Below are positions 23,968-35,550 of a stretch of 64,000 nucleotides of DNA, one piece after another; position 1 is the stretch's first letter, and every line of letters begins with the position of its first letter. The notes beneath the pieces were generated by a model, which saw nothing but the letters and a program-made list of their open reading frames with translations, was not told the origin of the DNA and did no database searches. This DNA comes from Octopus bimaculoides (Eukaryota), in the NCBI RefSeq assembly GCF_001194135.2, contig NC_068990.1, forward strand, positions 34,142,239 to 34,206,238, given 5' to 3'. A program made the position numbers and the translations under genes.

Positions 23968-24340
23968 GGCGTAGAAGTGGCTGTGTGGTAAGTAGCTTGC
24001 TTACGAACCACATGGTTCCGGGTTCAGTCCCACTGCATGGCACCTTGTGCAAGTGTCTTCTACTATACCCTCAGGCCAACCAAAGCCTTGTGCGTGGATT
24101 TGGTAGACGGAAACTGAAAGAAGCCCATCGTATATATATGTGTGTGTGTGTGTATATGTTTGTCTCCCACCATCGCTTGACAACCGATGCTGGTGTGTTT
24201 ACGTCCCTGTAACTTAGTTGTTCAGCAAAAGAATAAGTACTAGGTTTAGAAAGAATAAGTCCTGTGGTCGATTTGCTCAACTAAAAGGCTGTGTTCCAGC
24301 ATGGCCACAGTCAAATGACTGAAACAAGTAAAAGAGTAAA
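23968..24340 (+). mobile_element. SINE-A, full length (reference copy)
   Basis: A-box tggctgtgtggt, B-box ggttcagtccc, CORE-like ccttgtgcaagtgtctt, central microsatellite, tail ending gtaaaagagtaaa. Confidence 0.9.
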
Positions 24341-24504
24341 TAGTATATATATATATTTATATATATATCATCTTATCTAGTTTCAGCTCATGAGCTGTGG
24401 CCATGCTGAAGCAAGGATATCCATGTTTCATGTGACCATTTATTTAAGCAATGTGAAAATTACATCAAATGTAAAATGCTGAGAAATCCTCAGCTGCACA
24501 AAGG

Positions 24505-24725
24505 TATAGAAATTTACTGAAATTACATTTCAACAGAAGGACATATTTTTGTAACTACATTTAAACTTTCCAAGTATAAAGGAAGAATACAAAGAACATT
24601 TTGACTTTAGCCTGTATGGCTAAGTCAAAATGGTTATTTGTATTCTTCCTTTCTACTTGGAGAATTTGAATGTAGTTACAAAAATACGTCCTTCTGTTGA
24701 AATGAAACTTCAGTAAATTTCTATA
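24505..24725. repeat. About 220-bp near-perfect palindrome (about 108-bp arms, 5-nt loop)
   Basis: Arms tatagaaatttactgaa...gactttagcc and ggctaagtc...cagtaaatttctata around the loop at 24613-24617. Confidence 0.9.
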
Positions 24726-24765
24726 TATTCTATATACTTTTTGACCTACCCTCGTATATATGTTA

Positions 24766-25966
24766 CTAGCAGAAATACCCGGCTTTGCCCGGGTTAAAGA
24801 GAATAATGAAATCTAAAAACGCTGTCTAGACTATGCAACCCTCAACTGTTAGTAGCTACGATACCATATTTCTACATTAATAACTCTCCAATCCATGCCA
24901 GCATGGAACATAGACATTAAGTGGAATGCCAGTCTCTCATCTAGGAGGACCTTGAAATCAATGTTACCAACTGGGGACTATGTGTGTCGCAGTGATAATA
25001 AAAAGACCCAAAGGAGGTCTGCAACGAAATAATTTTACTCAACACTTTGCAAGTGAATCAGTGGAGGCAAAGATGTGTCTCATTTACTTGACAATTTATG
25101 CACCACATTGTAGANNNNNNNNNNNNNNNNNNNNNNNNNNNNNNNNNNNNNNNNNNNNNNNNNNNNNNNNNNNNNNNNNNNNNNNNNNNNNNNNNNNNNN
25201 NNNNNNNNNNNNNNNNNNNNNNNNNNNNNNNNNNNNNNNNNNNNNNNNNNNNNNNNNNNNNNNNNNNNNNNNNNNNNNNNNNNNNNNNNNNNNNNNNNNN
25301 NNNNNNNNNNNNNNNNNNNNNNNNNNNNNNNNNNNNNNNNNNNNNNNNNNNNNNNNNNNNNNNNNNNNNNNNNNNNNNNNNNNNNNNNNNNNNNNNNNNN
25401 NNNNNNNNNNNNNNNNNNNNNNNNNNNNNNNNNNNNNNNNNNNNNNNNNNNNNNNNNNNNNNNNNNNNNNNNNNNNNNNNNNNNNNNNNNNNNNNNNNNN
25501 NNNNNNNNNNNNNNNNNNNNNNNNNNNNNNNNNNNNNNNNNNNNNNNNNNNNNNNNNNNNNNNNNNNNNNNNNNNNNNNNNNNNNNNNNNNNNNNNNNNN
25601 NNNNNNNNNNNNNNNNNNNTCTCTCTTTCTCTCTCTCTCTGAAAGTATCTGTCATTACAGTATCGAAATGTGATTGTTTCAGTTAGTGGAATAGTTTCAT
25701 TTTTAAAGTGAAAGTATTTGACATGAGTGTTTTTGTTTCACTTTTGACACGTAATACTTAGATAGTGGAGGAGATATTATGTTGCTGTGGGCTCGAACTC
25801 TGCAAGAGGTTAAAATTTTTTTTGACTAAAACACAACTGGAACCCTAAGTAAGGCATCTGTAAAATTTGAATGAAATTGGTTGCGTAGTTCTCGAGTTTT
25901 AGGGATTCACACAGACAGACAGACAGACAGACAGAAACACATTCTCATTTTTATATATATAGAAGA
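24766..25966 (-). mobile_element. Non-autonomous Helitron, family 1 (spans gap 25115-25619)
   Basis: Minus strand starts a|TC ttctatatatataaaaatg with (GTCT)n and ends acccgg-gcaaag-ccgggt hairpin, tatttctg CTAG|t: canonical TC...hairpin...CTRR at an AT site. Confidence 0.8.
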
Positions 25967-27204
25967 TTCCATATTGCTATTGTTTATATCTCACTCGGAG
26001 ATTAAATATAGCTTATTTCTCCCTTTTTGAGATCAGTGACAGTTTGTCGCTGGAAAACACATATAGTATTTTGTGAGTGGAATGAGCTTTCATCACTAGC
26101 TTGTGATTACCACATACTGAGGATGGGTAACCACCCAGAAACTCGAGTCCTTGTGCATCACATAAGGCTAGAGATGGGAGCGATGAAGTCTCCTCGCAAA
26201 TACTAATCGGACACAAATCGTGTGTCATTAACCAGTTGGAAGAGCTGTCTTCCTGGCTATAAACATCAGCAGCACTGTTTGACTGTTTGACACTGCCAGA
26301 TGCAATGGTACTGCTGAGGTGTTGAAACCATAATGATATCCATGTGGCAGCTGATGATGGAGGTATGTTGGATTGTTGGTATGGCTGTTTTGGTATATGT
26401 GGAATAGGTTCATAGCACATTCTTTTGATATATGTATGAATATGCACATACACACACACATACCTATATATATATGTGTGTGTGTGTGTGTATATAATTA
26501 TACACATACCTGTATATCTATATGCATAAATATACACACATATCTGTGTATATATATATATATATTCATGTATATATATATGTGTGTGTGTGTGTGTGTA
26601 TACACATGCACACGCACCCTGTCACTTCTGATAGCTTCAGTTAACACTTCCATTGTAGTCATTGAAATTTTATCTATTCTTTGCATTCTGTCACATTTTA
26701 AATTTCCTTCAATAATCACAGGCCTTCATTGACTCCATTGTTTTCTACTAATGCTCAGACTAGGAACTCGTAAAGCCTGTATAATATGCACATTATGAAA
26801 CCTAAACACAACCAATGCAAAAACTCTGTCTAATGGCTAGGAAAGATTAAAATAATGTTCTGAAAGTCTCAATGCTAATACCATTTCATTATAAGAAAAA
26901 AACACATAAATATTTATAACCATATGTGTGCGTGTGTATGAGTGCACATAAACGTATATTATGGCTACAACTTAGTTTTATGCAATGTCATCTCTTGATT
27001 GTTCTCTTAAACATGAACGACAGAGATGTGGTTTTTTTGCTAAAGACTTGCACACTTTTGCAGATGTTGCAATGATGGGCACCTCTTGCAGTAGGTGTTC
27101 ATACAGCTTACAGCTCATATTAATTTGTAATGCGTTCATTCCATTACAGAAAGTTTCTTTGAATGGTTCACTTTTTTTGTTTACAGCCTACTATAGTATG
27201 CTGT

Positions 27205-27588
27205 GGAGGCGCAATGGCCTAGAGATTAGGGCAACGGACTCGCGGTTGTAAGATCATGGTTTCGATTCCCAGACCAGGCGTTGTGAGTGTTTATTGAGCA
27301 ATTACAACACCTAAAGCTCCACGAGGCTCCGGCAGGGGATGGTGGCAAACCCTGCTGTACTCTTCCACCACAACTTTCTCTCACTCTTTCTTCCTGTTTC
27401 TGTTGTACCTGTATTTCAAAGGGCCAGGCTTGTCACACTCTGTGTCATGCTGAATATCCCCGAGAACTATGTTAAGGGTACACGTGTCTGTGGATTGCTC
27501 AGCCACTTGCACGTTAATTTCACAAGCAGGCTGTTCCGTTGATCTGATTGACTGGAACTCTCGACGTCGTAAGCGACAGAGTGCAACA
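27205..27588 (+). mobile_element. SINE-D, full length
   Basis: tRNA-like head ggaggcgcaatggcctagagattaggg...ggtttcgattccc; TSD core actatagtatgc (27190-27201, 27589-27600). Confidence 0.9.
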
Positions 27589-28127
27589 ACTATAGTATGC
27601 AGCACATAACAATTATATCAATAGTAATTTTCAAGAATAAGCAGTGCCTGTGCTTGAAGCCTTTTAAAGAGAAGAAAATCTTTGCACAGGACCAATCTCA
27701 CTCTCTAAACAACATATGCATTTGTTCAAAAAGAAGGACTACAGCATTGAGTGGAAATGAAGTCACTTGTGTTACATCCGAGCTTGCATTTCCCTAGAAA
27801 GAAGACTGGGGAGTTCTCACTTCCAACTGTTGGATGGCTTATGATGACTCTATAAAGTTTATCTGCCCATTGATAAATTTTGTTTTTACCCTACAGAATA
27901 TCCAACGAAAATCCTCCTCCTTACCAAGCAACCTTGATAAGGTGGCTGATTCAGTTGTCAAGGGCCTGACCATTTAATAGCTTGTTACATGTTATCAGTA
28001 GCAAAGTGTGAGCTAACTTATACACACACACACACACATGTATATATGTACATATGTGTATATATGCATATATACATATATGTACATATATGTATATATG
28101 CATATATACAAATATCTTTTGATTATT

Positions 28128-28420
28128 AAACTGTAGCCATGCTGGAGCATTGCCTTGAGGAATTTTAGCTGAACGTATTTACCCTAGAACTGTTTTTCTT
28201 TTAAGCCTGGTACTTATTCTGTTTGTTTCTTTTGCCAAACCATTACGTTGCAGGGATATAAACATACCAACACCAGTTGTAATGCAGTAATGTGCAGCTA
28301 ACATAGACAAAAAGACACACACACACATATATATATATGATGTGCTTCTTTCAGTTTCCATCTACCAAATTCACTCACAAGGCTCTGGTCAACCCAAGGC
28401 TATAGGAGAAGACATAGGAT
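28128..28420 (-). mobile_element. SINE-A, degenerate and CpG-decayed
   Basis: Recognisable tail and body with many CG>TG/CA changes. Confidence 0.7.
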
Positions 28421-28994
28421 ATGCTAGAAACAACAGCCAAATCTCCCTTAAATCACACACCTTTATGTCTGAAAATATTTACTTTGCTTTTTTTTTATTA
28501 CCAAAAAAAAGCTTCTATAGTTTTTAAGTGTGTAGTGCCCCCATAATCATATATAATGCCCACAAAATCAACCAAAATCAGTTCAGAGAGGGGAGGATGG
28601 GGTTAGGGCAAAAGCATTTACCCCCAATTTTTTTTTTTTTTGTTAAAAAAATGCTCCAGATCATTTTTCCAAGGGCACTGTGAAAAGAAATCTGAAACAA
28701 CCCAGTCGAAACAGAGAAATTCCAACTTATGTGTGCTGCCTTTTGTTGATGTCAGCCCCCAAAAATTTATTGTAATTTTTCATTGGCATGCTATTCAGAA
28801 AGTCCTGTAGATCATAGTTTTCCCATGACTCGTTTAAAAAGACCATTAATAGCATCAATCCTACCTATCCCAGAGAGCTTGCAATGGTTATGGTTGCTGC
28901 TCTTTCTGCCAAACTCAGCAAATGTATAAAGAGAAAGAGAGAGGGAGAAAGAATAAAGGAAGAGAAAGTGGAGGAGATGAAAGACGGAGCAATG

Positions 28995-29350
28995 GAGGAA
29001 ATGAATGAAGCTAGTATGTTCTGACAGATGCGTACTGTCACTCTACAAAAGTGCAAATGGGTAAAGAGAAAACTTTGATATAAGAAAATTTGATGTAGCA
29101 TGCAAGAGAAAACTGCAATGGTTTGGTCTTATGATGCATATGGATGAGGACAGCTATATAAAAGAGTGCCAATCACTTAAAATAGATGGATCTTGTGGAA
29201 GAGGGAAAATAAGGAAGACTCAAGACAAAGTGGTAAAGATAGTTCTCAAGATATTGAGCTTCTTGGAAAAAATGACAAAAGACCAAGATGGTTAGTGATT
29301 CACTGTGCTCATGTAGACCCATTCATTATGGCAAAAGTGAGGTCCTAAAA
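28995..29350 (+). mobile_element. RTE LINE 3' fragment
   Basis: Broken frames give QEKLQWFGLMMHMDEDSYIKECQSLKIDGSCGRGK.RKT.DKVVK, typical of RTE ORF2 ends. Confidence 0.75.
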
Positions 29351-29844
29351 GTATTATGTTTATCCTCATACATGCTGGGCCCTTTAGCTAATTTATCTAC
29401 ATCAAGCATTCCACCCTCCCACATCTCATCTTTTTAACACATATGCCTCCATCACTCTCGTATCTCTAGTACTACTCAATTGCTGTAATCATTTGAGAGT
29501 AGAACAGCATGTACTTCATTCTCTCTTTGGTAGAACCAGTTACCCCTCTCCCATTATCATCCCTATCTATACTACTTTCCACTTACCAACCCCTATCAGT
29601 GCTTCCAATAATCTTTCGCTCCACTCTGAGATATATCATAGGTCCACTATGCTTTTTTCTTAATGTCTTTCCTATCTGTGATCATTCTCAGCATCATTTC
29701 ACATCTGCTATCCTTGCTCCACTTGCTATAGCATCCCTCATGAATCTCTAACTCCCATCTCTGCCACAGTTTGTTTTCCTTTCTTTACTTTGTCTAACAA
29801 ATTACTTGGGTGACTTCACTTGTGACAGTGTCATGAAAAATGTA

Positions 29845-30005
29845 CCCAGTGAACACTGTAAAGTGGTTGGCATTAGGAAGGACATCCATCAGTAGAAACC
29901 ATGCCAAAACTGACACTGGGGCCTGATGTAACTCTGTGGCTCATCAGATCCAGTCAGACTGTCCAACCCATGATAGCATGGATAACAGATGTCAAATGAT
30001 GATAT
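29845..30005 (+). mobile_element. Element E 3' part
   Basis: gtggttggcattaggaaggacatcc...ccaacccatgatagcatgga...gatgat. Confidence 0.75.
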
Positions 30006-30169
30006 ACAAGCACGCATACATAAATACATCCATGCATATATATACATATCAACATGACATGCATATACATACACATGCATGTATGTATGCATATATGTAT
30101 GCATATATATACATACATACATACATACATATATACATACATGCATACATACATAATACCATCAACCAT

Positions 30170-31330
30170 TCGTGGACTCTCAACTACTATATCACATCAC
30201 ACTTTGAAGGCTATGCATTTGCAGTGCAAGAGCTAGAGATGCTACAAAATGCCTAATAAACAAAAGAAACAGTGAGGCCCTTGGAACCCTGAGATGAAAC
30301 TAAAAATGTTGATTATGTTTGTCACATTTCCATAGAAGACATCATACATGTGATCAACAGCAGTTCAAAAACTCTTCAAGGTACTCTTTTCCAATGTGAC
30401 ATGATCTTGTGAAAGCAATACACAGTGTGGCGGGCCGTAAAGAATATGGATTGCACCCCTTTCGGGGTTTTTTTTTTTTTTTACAGAATCGTTCCATTTA
30501 CAATACGGAGATTCTGATTCTGCAAAAAAAAACAAAAAAAAAAGNNNNNNNNNNNNNNNNNNNNNNNNNNNNNNNNNNNNNNNNNNNNNNNNNNNNNNNN
30601 NNNNNNNNNNNNNNNNNNNNNNNNNNNNNNNNNNNNNNNNNNNNNNNNNNNNNNNNNNNNNNNNNNNNNAAAAAAAAAAAAACAAGAAAACAGCATTTAA
30701 AAATTTTAATTTCCTCCATCCCCAAATTCTTTAATTTTCACTTTTTTCAGAAATTTTTTTTTTGTGAAATATGTAGGAAAATACAGAGCTTCAATTTTCA
30801 CTTTTTCAGAATTTTTTTTTTTTTTGCAAAATACGTAGAAAAATACGGAGATAATCTCTGTATTTTTCTACGTATTTCGCAAAAAAAAATTTTGATAAAA
30901 GTGAAAATTGCAGAATTTGGTGGGGTGGGGATGGAGGTGAAATTAAAATTTTAAAATGCCGTTTTTTTTTTTTTTCACAGAATCAGAATCTCTGTACTTG
31001 AAAATGGGGAGATTCTGTGGGAAAAAAATAAGAAACACGAAAGGGTCCACATTCTTTACGTCTGCCCACAGTGCTACCTAAAAATACATAGAGTGTCCTG
31101 GGATAAATATAGAGAATCCTTTGTTATTGAATAACATAAGAAATATTGTTGAAATATTTTCATCAAGTGCAAGGGCTGGATATCATGGTTTGGGATAAAT
31201 TATATGTGCCATCATAGACATCAGCTGCCCTACTGATGTGAGTATCTCTATGAAAATCTAAGAGAAAGAGGATAACAATAGGTATCTGCTTTAAAACATT
31301 CCGTTGGTGCATTTGGTTACGTGAGTAAAT
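30170..31330 (+). mobile_element. R4/Hero-type RLE LINE C-terminal remnant, interrupted by a DNA element
   Basis: FEGYAFAVQELE and EDIIHVINS..K before the insert (zinc-finger region); LDIMVWDK and CAIIDISCPTDVSISMKI*EK after it (restriction-like endonuclease motif). Confidence 0.6.
30423..31073. mobile_element. Long-TIR foldback DNA element (Transib-like ends)
   Basis: Ends cagtgtggcgggccgtaaagaata and (reverse complement) cactgtgggcagacgtaaagaatg; subterminal ggagattctgattctg in both arms. No clean TSD. Confidence 0.65.
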
Positions 31331-31659
31331 ACCAAAGCGACACTCTAAAAAAAGGCTAAGGTTTTCAGAAAAGGAACTCAACCAACTCACATGCACATTA
31401 CAAATACAATTAGTAAGCGGGGCAGTAAAATTATACAAGACTTTTCTCAAGTTCAAAATGTGACATTGTTTTTACTGCTGACATTCCAACAATGGTAGTA
31501 AGATATTAGCACTGTTTGAGAAAGATCTGTAGAAGGTAGAGGCCACTGGTAATCCACTGGACATGTAATGTTAACTTGCATGATTAGGAAACCAAAAGTG
31601 AACAGAGCCAATGGTATTTTAAAGGCATCAGCTGATGCATTCTGTCAGAAATAATTCAT

Positions 31660-33107
31660 TCTAATTTTGGTAACAGGTTAGTAATTTTGAGGAGGCAGGG
31701 TAACTCACTTACATAGACCCTAGTACTTGACTGGTATTTATTTGATTGATCCTAAGAGGAAGAAAGACAAAGTCAACTTTGGTAGAATATAAAGCTGAAA
31801 GAAATGCCACTTAGCATTTTGTCTGGCATGCTAAAGATTCTGCTAGCTTATTGTCTTTTTCTACTATAGGAAAAGTCCCTAAATTTTGGGGGAGGGACTA
31901 GCTAATTATATCAACCCCAGTGCTCAACTGGTACTTATTTTATTGACTCCCCAAAATGATGAAAGGTAAAGTTGATCTCATCAGAATTTGAAGTTAGAAT
32001 TTAAAACCAAAAGAAATGCCACAAAGTATTTTGTCTGGTGTGCTAACGATTCTTATTTCTTTATTGCCCACAAGGGGCTAAACATAGAGGAGACAAACAA
32101 AAAGATTAAGTTGATTACATTGACCCAGTGCGTAACTGGTACTTAATTTATCGACCCCGAAATGATGAAAGGCAAAGTTGACCTTGGTGGAATTTGAACT
32201 CAGAACGTTACAGCAGACAAAATACCGCTAAGCATTTCGCCCGGCATGCTAACATTTCTGTTTCTGCCAGCTCGCCGCCTTCTAACGTTTCTGCCATTTC
32301 GCCCGGTGTGCTAATGGTTCTGCTAGCTCACAACCTTAATAATAATCCTTTCTACTAAAAGCACAAGGCCTGAAATTTTGCAGAAGGAGACTAGTTGATT
32401 GCATTGATCCCAGTGTTCCACTGGTACTTAAATTATCGACCTCAAAAAGATGAAAGGCAAAGTCAACCTTGGCAGAATTTGAACGCAGAATGTGCAAATG
32501 GACAAAATGCTACTAACCATTTTACCTGATGTGCTAATGATTCTGCCAGCTCACCACGTTAATAATAATAATGGTGATAGTAATCGTTTCTACTATAGGT
32601 ACAAAATCTGAGATTAGGGAGAGGAGAAAAATCAACTACATTAACTGGTACTTATTTCATCAACCTCAAAAGGATGAAAGGCAAAGTCAATCCAGCATGT
32701 AACGAATCAGAAAAAATGCTTATAAGTAGTTTTTCTGGCATGATTTTATTACAGATGGGGGAAGTTGATTACATCAACCACAGTTCTTGATTCATACTTA
32801 TTTTATTGATCTTAAAAGGGTTAAAGGCATAGTTGATCTCAGAAAGTTACTAAGCAATTTGTCTATCTTGCTAATGGTTCTGTCAGCTGACCACCTTTAT
32901 AATAAAAGTAATAATAATCCTTTCTACTAAAGGTGCAAGGCCTGAAAGTTTGGTACCAGTGTTTCACTGGTACTTAATTTATCAAGCCCCTGAATGAATG
33001 ACAAGCTAAGTTGACCTTGGCAGAATTTGAACTCAGAATGTAAAGACAGGCGAAATTCTGCTAAGCATTTTGCCTGGTGTGCTAATGATTCTGCCAGCTC
33101 ACCACCT
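31660..33107 (-). mobile_element. Array of about 7 head-to-tail or nested SINE-B copies
   Basis: Repeated gatgaaaggcaaagt(t/c)(g/a)acct...gaatttgaactcagaa...gctaa.g.ttctgccagctc units; the youngest copy is about 32053-32280. Confidence 0.85.
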
Positions 33108-33120
33108 TAATAATAGTAAT

Positions 33121-33498
33121 AACAAGAGCACTCAGAGAGCGCAAACCTCTGCGAAGGCAACACCAATGTCCTCTCAACGATTAGCCAGAGATGATTTTTA
33201 AAATGAAAATATCTGAAGTAAACTTGACTGCTCTCACAAACGAGAATACTAAAAAAGGAACCTGACCACTCTCAAAAATTAAGTAAAAAAAAGCAGGAAA
33301 AATAATCCAGAATCTTTGTCCGGTACTGGATCAATCCCCAAATCTAATCAGTTCATGCCAGTCACGAGGCCAAACACCTCTGAAAGTTTCATCCAAATCC
33401 ATCCAGCTGTTCTTGAGATATCTTTCCACGGACAAACAAATAAACAAACAAACACGACTGAAAACAATACCTCTGCCTTCGCTAAGGCAGAGGTAATA
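33121..33498 (+). mobile_element. Helentron/HINE-like non-autonomous element
   Basis: Starts aacaagagc, with subterminal acctctgcgaaggca, an (ACAA)n microsatellite, and a perfect 11-bp hairpin acctctgcctt-cgct-aaggcagaggt (33469-33494) near the 3' end. Confidence 0.7.
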
Positions 33499-33507
33499 AC
33501 GATATGA

Positions 33508-34605
33508 TGAAAGGCAGCACGCTGACAGAAACGTTAGCATGTCGGGTAAAATGCTTAGCAGTATTTCATCTGTCTTTACATTCTGAGTTCAAATTCAACT
33601 TTGCCTTTCATCGGGGTTGATAAATTAAGTACCAGTTACGTACTGGAGTCAATCTAATCGACTGGCCCCCTCTCCAAATATTTTGGGCCCTGTGCCTAGT
33701 GTAGAAAATAATAATAATATGATGAACTGGCAGAGTTGTTGGTGTGCTGAATAGAATGCTTTCTTTGATTCCTTTCAAAGTCATTGTCATTATTATGAAA
33801 AGGGGAAGGCGACGAGCTGGCAAAATCATTAGCATGCCAAGGGAAAGGCTTAGCAGTATTTCATCTGTGCTCAGAGTTCAAATCCTGTTGAGGTCAACTG
33901 TCTTTCATTCTTTTAAGGTTGGTACATATAAAAGTCAAGAGTAAAATTGTTTGTGCTTTGGAGAACATTCCTTGTAGTATCTGTTCCAGTTCTTTGCATT
34001 CTGAGTTCACAGTCTGTGTTAGTATCAGTAGTCAAACATGGGAGAACATCGCTCAAACCACAGTTGACCAAGGTACTCACTGGATTGCAATCAGCTAGCA
34101 TAAAGACACGCTAAGGCTTCTTTCAACAGTGGATTGAAAGTACCTGAATGAAAAAGTCATTGTCATTATGAAAAGGGGAGGGCGACAAGCTGGCAGAATC
34201 ATTAGCATGCTGGGTGAAAGGCTTTGTGGTATTTCGTCTGCCACTACGTTCTGAGCTAAATTCTGCCGAGGTCGACTTTGCCTTTCATCCTTTCGGGGTC
34301 GATTAAATAAGTACCAGTTACTCACTGGAGTCAATGTAATCGACTTAATCCCTTAGTCTGTCCTTGTTTGTCCCTCTATGTTTAGCCCCTTGTGGGCAAT
34401 AAAGAAATAAGAATCATTAGCATGCTGGGTGAAAGGCTTAGTCGTATTTCGTCTGCCACTGCGTTCTGAGCTCAATTCTGCCGAGATCGACTTTGCTTTT
34501 CATCCTTTCAGGGTCGATAAATTAAGTACCAGTGAAACATTGAGGTCGATGTAATCGACTAGTCCCTGCCCCCAAATTTCAGGCCTGGTGCCTATAGTAG
34601 TAAGC
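33508..34605 (+). mobile_element. Cluster of about 4-5 plus-strand SINE-B copies, including a nested pair
   Basis: Copies at about 33508-33715, 33805-33925 and 34181-34605 (nested, junction 34410/34411). Confidence 0.85.
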
Positions 34606-35550
34606 TTTATTATGAAAAGGGTGGTGGAATGGTAAAATAATTTTTCGTATTGAAAAAATACTTTTCAGCATTTGTTTTGGCTCTTTTTGTCATGAGCTCA
34701 AATACTGGTGAAACTCGAAACTTAAACTTCATTGAAAATCCATTATTAAAACCATTCCACCAATGATAATCCTACCATATTGTCCAATATAGTATTGTTT
34801 ATTTAAGATAGTAAAGTGTTATTTGAGTAGATCTGTTGTTTCTGGTTGAGTGGCTGTATACAGGCTTCCGTCGTGGTAAAGTACCAGGGTCGATTAAATA
34901 GACTGTGGATAGATTCATCCCCTTAAGAAGTGAGTCCCTGAGGCAGTATTAAAAGATCATCTTGCCATATTTATGGTCAAACCATTCTAACTATTCCTTC
35001 CCTGTCTTCACTTTAGATTTACATTGTGAAATAAAATGTAAAAAAGATTTGTTGTTTATAGTATACATATTACAAAGGTGACATTACAAATCATATCGAA
35101 AATTTTCTTTAGCTAAATAGATACATTGATTTGGAAATGAATATTTTAAAATGAAACAGTAGACCGCATCTTTTGGTAACAGAATATAGTCGAATATTCT
35201 AACCTCAATCCATGAAGAATGATAAAGAAAAGCGATCAGTGGGATTTGAACTCAGAACATAAAAGGACATAACTAAATTCACTATTGAATACCTCTCTTC
35301 AATGCCTTCTTTAAATCAAGATACGAAGCAGAAATTATTTCCTTTGACCTTTCCTTACAAAATTCAAACTTTCTACATTTTGAAAATGTTATTTTAAAGC
35401 AATGCTGATTAAAATAATTAAAGTTTCGCAGAAGAAAATTAAGGATATGAAAAATTGATCGGAAGAATATGAAAAATTAAAATAGCCGGTATTAGCACTC
35501 TTAATCGATAGAAAACATAAAACAAAAAGTTCAACTGAAATGAAGGTTCG

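Noticed and set aside
23968-24045. tRNA-like heads of SINE-A to SINE-D as tRNA genes
   Set aside because: They keep A and B boxes but no complete cloverleaf, and they continue into SINE bodies.
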